Positions 57,214 through 64,000 of a stretch of 64,000 nucleotides of DNA are shown piece by piece. Position numbers and translations under genes: made by a program. Numbering within the stretch: the first letter of the stretch is position 1; each line of letters starts with the position of its first letter. Under the pieces are notes generated by a model. The model saw nothing but the letters and a program-made list of their open reading frames with translations, was not told the DNA's origin and did not search any database. This DNA is from a virus. Taxonomy: Duplodnaviria > Caudoviricetes. Location: the IMG/VR virus record IMGVR_UViG_3300002220_000062, positions 27,454 to 91,453 of that record. One strand, given 5' to 3'.

Positions 57214-57245
57214 CAAAGGTACGACAATTAATTGGATTTTCCTAA
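57214..57245 (-). promoter_or_regulatory. Bacteroidota-type promoter upstream of the GIY-YIG gene
   Basis: Minus strand TTAGGAA-N17-TACCTTTG. Confidence 0.75.
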
Positions 57246-57261
57246 TTTTTTTAAATATATT

Positions 57262-57930
57262 TTATAATTTTATTAAGTATCCTGCCCAAAAAGTTTTATT
57301 AGTATCAAATCCTGCCGTAATAATATTGCTTTTTTTATTCTGAAAATATATACTTCCTTTAACAACTGGTTTAATATCTATAACATCTTTTTCAGTGAAT
57401 AGAGTTAAAGGTAATCCAGTCTCTAAACCAACTAATAGTTTATTTGTAGGAGGCTTATTATAATTTATTACAGTTGTATCTTTCACTGTAATTGTATATG
57501 GCTTTATTTCGTATTTTGAGGCCTGTTTAAGCAACTTTCCTTGTACGTTAGTATAAATACTTATCTTTACCGAAGTGTCCTCATATGTCTCATTATACTC
57601 TCTCTCTGCAATTGCATCAATAAACATACTATCTTTAGTTATTGAGTCTTTTAACTTTAAAGCATTATACTTTTTTAGAAGTTCTGTATTAACAGGATTC
57701 TTAATAGTAATTGGTTTAGGTAGATAAATAGTATCTAACTTCCCATCCTTTCCAGGAATAGTAATTATTTTTTCTTTAATTATAATTTCTGGCTCTGGGG
57801 TTTCACTACCTCTAAACAAAAATAGAATTAAAAGAATTAAAATAACATTTCCAATTACTGAAACCTTCAATGGAGTCCAGTGAATTCCTTTAATAAATGT
57901 TGTAACTGTTGTTAGTAATGATTTAAGCAT
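57262..57930 (-). CDS. Membrane-anchored lysis protein (spanin-like)
   Basis: N-terminal TM segment (VILILLILFLF), follows the endolysin, C-terminus ends in an amphipathic beta strand. Confidence 0.5.
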   Translation of the reverse strand: MLKSLLTTVTTFIKGIHWTPLKVSVIGNVILILLILFLFRGSETPEPEIIIKEKIITIPGKDGKLDTIYLPKPITIKNPVNTELLKKYNALKLKDSITKDSMFIDAIAEREYNETYEDTSVKISIYTNVQGKLLKQASKYEIKPYTITVKDTTVINYNKPPTNKLLVGLETGLPLTLFTEKDVIDIKPVVKGSIYFQNKKSNIITAGFDTNKTFWAGYLIKL

Positions 57931-58507
57931 TGTATAATTTTTTATATTTATTTAGAAGTATCACACGATGTGACAATCCATGATAACCTCCATTAATTAT
58001 TCTGGTTATTTTTCTTATATCATCTTTATCAGCTAAACTATTAAGATTATGTTTATTCCAAAACCACAGCGCTGATATCATAGCATCTGCTTCATTTAAT
58101 AGTAAGTCTGGATTATTTACATAATCTATTCCAGTAGCTTTAGATAAAGCAATATAGTTTCCTTTAAGTGTTACTTGTAAAAAACCTCTACCTCTATATC
58201 TCCAACCATCACCACTTGCTTCATTACCATTACCACCTTGATTAGCATATACAAAGTTAGCTATCTGTATTGGTTTATAAGCAAGTTGTTTTGCTTTTAA
58301 TCTTTCAACATCTGATAATACACCATTTCTATTAACATCTAAATCATGTTTAAATATTTGTAGAAGTCTTGCCTCTGAATATCTTAGATTCTCTTGTACT
58401 GGCTTTAATCCACTTTCATGCTCTATTTGCGCCATAAAATGAGCTAGTCTTAATGGTGTATTAATACCATATTTGTTAAGTAATGTTTTATATTTTATAT
58501 GTAGCAT
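57923..58507 (-). CDS. Endolysin, glycoside hydrolase family 19
   Basis: AHFMAQIEHESG, ENLRYS, GDGWRYRGRGFLQVT, NY, SALWFW, ITRIINGG. Confidence 0.92.
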   Translation of the reverse strand: MLHIKYKTLLNKYGINTPLRLAHFMAQIEHESGLKPVQENLRYSEARLLQIFKHDLDVNRNGVLSDVERLKAKQLAYKPIQIANFVYANQGGNGNEASGDGWRYRGRGFLQVTLKGNYIALSKATGIDYVNNPDLLLNEADAMISALWFWNKHNLNSLADKDDIRKITRIINGGYHGLSHRVILLNKYKKLYNA

Positions 58508-59145
58508 TATATATTTGTATTAGGTTCATTATCATTTACTTCTACAGTATCATCTCCACCGCCTAATTTTTTAAAGAATTTAAGTTGCAGTATTTGAAAT
58601 ATCCTATTTGCTAATGTAAATAAGTAAGGTTTTTTTCCAAATAATACTTCTAAACTTTCTCCTATACTAACATATTCTCGTAAACCAAATAAAAATATTG
58701 GTACTAATGATAATGCATGTATAATTTCTTCTAAATAAAGTAACCCTTCAACATGTTGTGATGCTGTAAATGATAGTAGTAACCATAAATATATTGATAT
58801 AAATTTAAATATAGTATACATAATTTTACTACTTTTAAATTTATGTTCTTCATACTTATCAATATTAGCTTCTAACAATGCTTCTTCTGCTTTATATGCT
58901 GATGCTGCAGTTCCTAATGCTTGGTCAACTATTATTAATGCTGATATTACTACTAATAATGTAACGGATACTCCTAAGAAAGACTCATTCAAGATGTAGC
59001 TAATTAAAGTTGTAACTAAAGATAAAGATGTAGAGGCACCAACTAAGTTGCTACCCTTCGATAATCCAAACATAATCTTTATGTTTGTTAATAACGGAGT
59101 ATAATGTTCAATCATTCTATGATATATTTCCCCCCAATTTTTCAT
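58507..59145 (-). CDS. Holin-like membrane protein
   Basis: Several hydrophobic segments, REYVSIGESL; immediately upstream of the endolysin. Confidence 0.7.
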   Translation of the reverse strand: MKNWGEIYHRMIEHYTPLLTNIKIMFGLSKGSNLVGASTSLSLVTTLISYILNESFLGVSVTLLVVISALIIVDQALGTAASAYKAEEALLEANIDKYEEHKFKSSKIMYTIFKFISIYLWLLLSFTASQHVEGLLYLEEIIHALSLVPIFLFGLREYVSIGESLEVLFGKKPYLFTLANRIFQILQLKFFKKLGGGDDTVEVNDNEPNTNI

Positions 59146-59181
59146 TAGGTTTTATTATTAATTTATTTATTATTTTATTTT

Positions 59182-59868
59182 TTAATCAACCGTCCACCAT
59201 AATTGGTATCTATAATAATCTGTACATACATCTACAGGACTATCAGTTCTATTAAACCATTCTGGATATAGTATTAATCCTGCATTTGCTCTTTCCACAG
59301 TTAATGCTGCAGGAGCACCTGTTGTATAACCACTATCAAATGAAGTTGGTGTAGTGGTTAATCTATCATCAATACCTGGAAGTACCCCGTATTGTGCAAT
59401 AAGTGTACCTAGGGAATCTTCTATTACGTGTGCTTCTTCAGATACTGCAACACCTACACTTGCATAAACTTTTGTAAATAATTGAGTGGCAATAATTGTA
59501 GCACCAGTTGGAATTGAAAAAGAACCTAATTGAAGACCATAATGAGTGCCGGAATTTTTTGGTATAGTATAACACATATATGTTCCATTTTCTACCCCAA
59601 TAACATTTGTAGGATTAGTCATATTAGTAGTATCAGGTATAGATGTTACATATACACTAGCTGTAAATACATGTTTATATCCTCTAAAATTTGATAACCT
59701 ATCTTTTGTACCAACATAAGTTGGGTCAAATATTCCTGTAGCTATTGCAAATTGGCCACCTGCGCCCATCAAATGTCTTCCATTAGTTCCCACTAAATCC
59801 TGATTCACAACCTCACAAACTTTAGAAAATGTTATTGGTAATGCTACAGGTACTATACTATCTGCCAT
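59182..59868 (-). CDS. Putative tail fibre accessory protein
   Basis: Follows the S74-type fibre gene; Thr/Gly-rich, beta-like composition. Confidence 0.5.
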   Translation of the reverse strand: MADSIVPVALPITFSKVCEVVNQDLVGTNGRHLMGAGGQFAIATGIFDPTYVGTKDRLSNFRGYKHVFTASVYVTSIPDTTNMTNPTNVIGVENGTYMCYTIPKNSGTHYGLQLGSFSIPTGATIIATQLFTKVYASVGVAVSEEAHVIEDSLGTLIAQYGVLPGIDDRLTTTPTSFDSGYTTGAPAALTVERANAGLILYPEWFNRTDSPVDVCTDYYRYQLWWTVD

Positions 59869-59871
59869 AAT

Positions 59872-61851
59872 TTATTTTTTTAATAATAGTATTAACATTA
59901 TTTCTAGTTGTTCTACTTTCTCTTTAAGATAAGCTATTTCTGCAGAATGTAAATCTGAATATGATACAGATTTAATTCCATCTTCATCAGTTCTTACAAA
60001 TTCTGGATGTTCTATTTCAAGTTCTTGTGCAATAAGTCCTATTCTTGGTTGTTTATTAGTTTTAAAATTAAAACTTTTATAAATAGAATTTATTTTTTTA
60101 AATGTTAAAGGTTCTATATTTTCTTTTAATCTTATATCAGAACTTCCTATAAAATCTGCTGCTGTAATTGCATAAGTAGAACCAGCATTCCAATCTGCAG
60201 ATAAAGTTGTTAAAGCTATATTATCAGCATTAGCTACTATACCATTTCCACCTATAACATTTAATGTTGGGTTAATTGTAGAAGTACCAGTTTGTGTCAT
60301 ACCTGTGCCAGCAGTAACACTTGTAACTGTACCAGTTTCACTACTAGGAGGGGCTATCCAACTTCTAACACCATCTGTTGTTGATGATAAAACATAACCA
60401 CTAACACTTGGGTTACCTAAAGCTGGTTCTGCCCCAATATTTACAGCTGTTAATGTTCTAGTTGTAATTTCTGTAACTGAACCAATTGCGTCAGAAGTAA
60501 ATGTACTTAAAACTTGTGCTCCTGTTGCTGTTATACTTCTAGTAGTATATGCAGGATGTATATAACTACCCCCAGATATAGCAGATAAAGAAGTAGTACC
60601 ACCACTTGCTAATAATATATCATCAGCACCTTTTCCAGTTATTTTATAACCACCAGAAGTATTATTAACTACAAAAAATCCATTAGTATCAATATCTCCT
60701 TGTGCTGATATTTGACCACCAGTAACTACTATATTTGCATTTAATAAATTTAAATCACTTATAAAAGTTTTTAATCCAGCAATTGTTTGAGTTCCAGTTG
60801 TAATTACACCAGCAGTAGTTTCTGTTACTCCATTTATAGTAGCGTCAGTTCCTGTATCTGAATTAATTACTACAGTTGTTGTATTATGAGTTACTGTTAG
60901 ATTAGTTGCTCCACCACTAGCAGTAGAATTAATAGTAATTTCATCATCTGCCCAATCTAAAGTAATATTAGTACCAGCTTTAATTACTGCAATATCTGCA
61001 GATGTTATAATAGAACTTCCTAATGAGGTACCAGCCGCATTCTTAGCTTGAAATTTCCAATAACTATAATTATCTTTAGCTGCTATACTATCATCTACTA
61101 AAACAAATTTATCATAAACAGCATTCATAGAAGGAGCTAATGTTGTAACCCCATCCCAACTAGAACCATATATTGTATCATTTACTTGAGTAGTAGGTGC
61201 TACACCATTTATAGTTATTGCATTATTTGTTGCATTATAAGATAATGTAATAGCAGTGCCACCTATAAAATTAACAGTGTTATCATTAGTAACTTTAGAT
61301 TTAAATACACTATCAACATTTAATTTCCACCCTAATCCATCTACTAATATATCAACCTCATTCATTGTATACTTATCTAAGTCAGATATATCTTCTTCTA
61401 AATGAGTATGTGAATTATCTATTTCATTACTAGCTTGAATTATAATATCATTTACTTTAGAATTATAATCTGAAATATATGTTTGGTCTGGATTAAATAA
61501 TAAAACAGCTGTATCTTTAGCTGTACCAACATATCTAATAACATTAGTAGAATTATTATATTGGGTAGTAGTTATCTGCCCAGATAATACAGATATATAA
61601 TATTTAGCACCAGCAACTAATGTACCAGTTGGATAAACGTACTCTCCATAAGATATAAATTCTATTTCATCCTCTGATATAGAATTAGTAATTGCTAATT
61701 TTATTTCAGTAGTTGATTTAGTTTTATCTGTAGCAGTTGTATTATACCATTTACCATCTGGAGCAAGATAAACTAAACTACCACTAACTATATTTTCACC
61801 TCCTACTGGATTAGTTTCTTGTTGATTTATATATAGATTAAATATTGCCAT
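59872..61851 (-). CDS. Tail fibre with a C-terminal intramolecular chaperone (peptidase S74)
   Basis: Thr/Gly-rich repeats; SSDIRLKENI...GLIAQELE...SVSY and a terminal coiled coil. Confidence 0.85.
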   Translation of the reverse strand: MAIFNLYINQQETNPVGGENIVSGSLVYLAPDGKWYNTTATDKTKSTTEIKLAITNSISEDEIEFISYGEYVYPTGTLVAGAKYYISVLSGQITTTQYNNSTNVIRYVGTAKDTAVLLFNPDQTYISDYNSKVNDIIIQASNEIDNSHTHLEEDISDLDKYTMNEVDILVDGLGWKLNVDSVFKSKVTNDNTVNFIGGTAITLSYNATNNAITINGVAPTTQVNDTIYGSSWDGVTTLAPSMNAVYDKFVLVDDSIAAKDNYSYWKFQAKNAAGTSLGSSIITSADIAVIKAGTNITLDWADDEITINSTASGGATNLTVTHNTTTVVINSDTGTDATINGVTETTAGVITTGTQTIAGLKTFISDLNLLNANIVVTGGQISAQGDIDTNGFFVVNNTSGGYKITGKGADDILLASGGTTSLSAISGGSYIHPAYTTRSITATGAQVLSTFTSDAIGSVTEITTRTLTAVNIGAEPALGNPSVSGYVLSSTTDGVRSWIAPPSSETGTVTSVTAGTGMTQTGTSTINPTLNVIGGNGIVANADNIALTTLSADWNAGSTYAITAADFIGSSDIRLKENIEPLTFKKINSIYKSFNFKTNKQPRIGLIAQELEIEHPEFVRTDEDGIKSVSYSDLHSAEIAYLKEKVEQLEIMLILLLKK

Positions 61852-61852
61852 A

Positions 61853-62782
61853 TTATATTCCTGGTCTAGATTCTGTTAAAGTTACGGTATGAATTACAGT
61901 TCCTGTTGAATTTAAAATATCAACTTCTACAGTATGTGAGTTTGCTAATGATGAATTATCACCATACATTCTAAGTAAACATAAATATATTCTTAAATGA
62001 ACTATATTCCAAGGTGGAGTATGGGCAGAACTATATGGTACTACTGGATTATAAGTAGTAAATTTATATGTATCTGTAGGTACAATACCAGTTACTGTAG
62101 TATATGGTACTTCTCCTGTAACCCCTTCTGAAGTTTGTCTCATTACAAAACCATTAAAAGTACCTAACCCTCTTATTGTATTTTTATATCTTAAATATAA
62201 TTTCTCACCTTCAGTTAAAGTAACAGTAAGATAGTGTGTAGTTGATATAAATCCACCACAATCATGTGTTCCAGTACTAGTATTTGTAATAACAGGATTA
62301 CTGACTATTGAACATTGAATAGTTGATAATGGAATAGTAGTGGTAATATATTGTTCTATATTTCCTAAAGTATCTTCAATAGCATAATCAAAAGTAATAA
62401 TCCTACTATTTACTTCCCCATATGATATATCAGCAACTAATTGTAATAATGGTATGCTACTACCACTACTAACACCAGAGATATCTATAGAAGTTAGTGA
62501 TGGTCCTGATAATACAATACTATTATATTTTAACGTAAAAACACCATTAGTTACACTAACCCCATTTAATTTATATGATACATTTTTAATATGTAACCAT
62601 TTTTTAGAACCACCCACATAATCTTTTAATAGAAATATAGTAGATGGAGTTATAGGTATTGTATCTACTACTCCTACTTGATAAGTTTTAGTAACAACTG
62701 AACAACTTTCTTCTACAATACCTTTAACAGTATCTGTATAAGAACGAACATATTTATTTATCTTATTAGTAAATGTAGCCAT
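61853..62782 (-). CDS. Putative structural protein
   Basis: 309 aa, Thr/Ser/Val-rich, in the tail region. Confidence 0.55.
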   Translation of the reverse strand: MATFTNKINKYVRSYTDTVKGIVEESCSVVTKTYQVGVVDTIPITPSTIFLLKDYVGGSKKWLHIKNVSYKLNGVSVTNGVFTLKYNSIVLSGPSLTSIDISGVSSGSSIPLLQLVADISYGEVNSRIITFDYAIEDTLGNIEQYITTTIPLSTIQCSIVSNPVITNTSTGTHDCGGFISTTHYLTVTLTEGEKLYLRYKNTIRGLGTFNGFVMRQTSEGVTGEVPYTTVTGIVPTDTYKFTTYNPVVPYSSAHTPPWNIVHLRIYLCLLRMYGDNSSLANSHTVEVDILNSTGTVIHTVTLTESRPGI

Positions 62783-62792
62783 ATATAATTTA

Positions 62793-63164
62793 TTATCCTA
62801 CAAAGGTTAAAGACCCTGCATCTGAAATTTCAAAAGTAAATGATGTATTATAAGCTGCTAAAATACCTGCGTCTGGCACATATGTAAATAGCCCAGCATC
62901 AATATGGTCAACAAAACTTAGTATTTGATTTAGTGTTACATTAACACCATTTAATTTTAATAATCCACTAGCTGGTAAAGATGTTATTTTTAGATTTAAT
63001 GCTGCATCTCCTTCAGGGTCACTATATGGTGGAATTGTATTAGTAGTGAACATCGCTCTAGTATAAACTATAGTTGCCGCATGGTCAGTTGTTGCTGAAC
63101 CATCTCCTACTTCTGTTGGTGGTAGATTAGTATAACCATCTACTGTTATTGTAAAATTTGCCAT
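62793..63164 (-). CDS. Ig/cadherin-like structural protein
   Basis: YSDPEGDA...KITSLPASGLLKLNG...FTYVP...SFTFEISDAG. Confidence 0.65.
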   Translation of the reverse strand: MANFTITVDGYTNLPPTEVGDGSATTDHAATIVYTRAMFTTNTIPPYSDPEGDAALNLKITSLPASGLLKLNGVNVTLNQILSFVDHIDAGLFTYVPDAGILAAYNTSFTFEISDAGSLTFVG

Positions 63165-63186
63165 TTAATTTATATTTAATTATTAA

Positions 63187-63507
63187 TTACTCTTGTATTG
63201 ATTTTTGACAATGATTTTCATCTAATTTATTTAATAAGTAAACAAGACGTTTACCTGTTTTAGTTAATGTGCCATCTCTTTGATTCTTACCTAATGCACT
63301 ACTTATAGTTTCTCCATCAACTCCAAATTTATAACCATCTTTAGTTCTTAGATATTTGTTCCATAGTGTTCTAAATTCTCTATTCGTATATTTATCTAAA
63401 CTTAAAGCTGAACTTAACCAATACCCATTTCCTTTAACTAAAAAATAGTTCCATATTGTTAATGGTAGAAATAAAATATATGCTATTAAAAATAATAAAA
63501 ATCCCAT
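63187..63507 (-). CDS. Hypothetical membrane-associated phage protein
   Basis: Hydrophobic N-terminus; GETISSALGK...DENHC. Confidence 0.65.
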   Translation of the reverse strand: MGFLLFLIAYILFLPLTIWNYFLVKGNGYWLSSALSLDKYTNREFRTLWNKYLRTKDGYKFGVDGETISSALGKNQRDGTLTKTGKRLVYLLNKLDENHCQKSIQE

Positions 63508-63998
63508 TATTCAGTTATTTGCTGTTTAATATTAACCATAAATAAATCCCAAGAAGCTTCAATTGTATCTAATTCTGTATTAGATACAGCATTTTTTGTA
63601 TTGGCTTTTGATAATAATCTATTAGCTCTTAAAGCTGTTTGAATACCTCTCCAGTTAGTAGCCATTGTTAGTATTAAATCACAAGCAACAGTATTAGAGT
63701 AACCATTAGCTATAGCATCTGAACTCACACTGTCAGGAACATCATTCTCAGGATAACCTGCATCTTTATAAGTAATTGCTTCTTTCTCTGCAAGTTCATA
63801 TTCAAAAGCTCTTTCTCCTACTATTTCTTTAATAAGATTGTCAGTATCCCTCTCAAATTTTATTATTAAGGATTTTTTTCTATCAGAAAATTCAATATCA
63901 ATCTCTTCTTGAGTTTTATCAATAATAGGAAATGTGATAATATCACTAACACTATCATAAAATACTTCACCTAGTCTTTGTAAATTTGTATATACAGG
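63507..63998 (-). CDS. Hypothetical protein, 5'-truncated by the window edge
   Basis: The frame stays open upstream of the track's GTG (63728) to the window end (PVYTNLQRLGEVFYDS...). Confidence 0.65.
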   Translation of the reverse strand, partial: PVYTNLQRLGEVFYDSVSDIITFPIIDKTQEEIDIEFSDRKKSLIIKFERDTDNLIKEIVGERAFEYELAEKEAITYKDAGYPENDVPDSVSSDAIANGYSNTVACDLILTMATNWRGIQTALRANRLLSKANTKNAVSNTELDTIEASWDLFMVNIKQQITE

Positions 63999-64000
63999 AA

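Noticed and set aside
1-64000. CRISPR array, tRNA genes, DGR reverse transcriptase, DNA polymerase, capsid/terminase genes
   Set aside because: None recognised by eye in this window; tRNAscan-SE and repeat finders would be needed to exclude small elements formally.

Overview
AT-rich phage DNA with the gene content and layout of a crAss-like (Crassvirales or phi14:2-type) podophage. Five copies of a Bacteroidota-type promoter (TAnnTTTG) point to a Bacteroidota host. The + strand (1-26.7 kb) is a replication and metabolism module: a split DnaB-like helicase, AAA ATPase, primase, a six-gene amidoligase/ATP-grasp/glutamine amidotransferase cluster, a divergent UDG, a resolvase, a PD-(D/E)XK nuclease, class II RNR, an SF2 helicase, phosphoesterases and two HNH endonucleases. 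It meets the - strand virion module at a bidirectional terminator near 26.7 kb. That module holds three giant virion RNA polymerase/ejection proteins (one with the DFDID motif), head cargo, tail, lysis and tail fibre genes. The main result is not visible in the ORF track. The helicase gene is cut inside its Walker A loop by two tandem group I introns separated by a 9-nt micro-exon (ITANS|KVG|KTQ). The second intron is about 2.4 kb, and its ribozyme core is spread around five co-oriented ORFs that show no homing-endonuclease motifs; one of them reads through the catalytic core. Other observations: head-to-tail cysteine pairs on the otherwise Cys-free ejection proteins, a UDG with a natural Asn-to-Asp change in the base pocket, and gene-end duplications flanking the free-standing HNH genes. 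All calls come from reading motifs by eye; no searches or folding programs were run.
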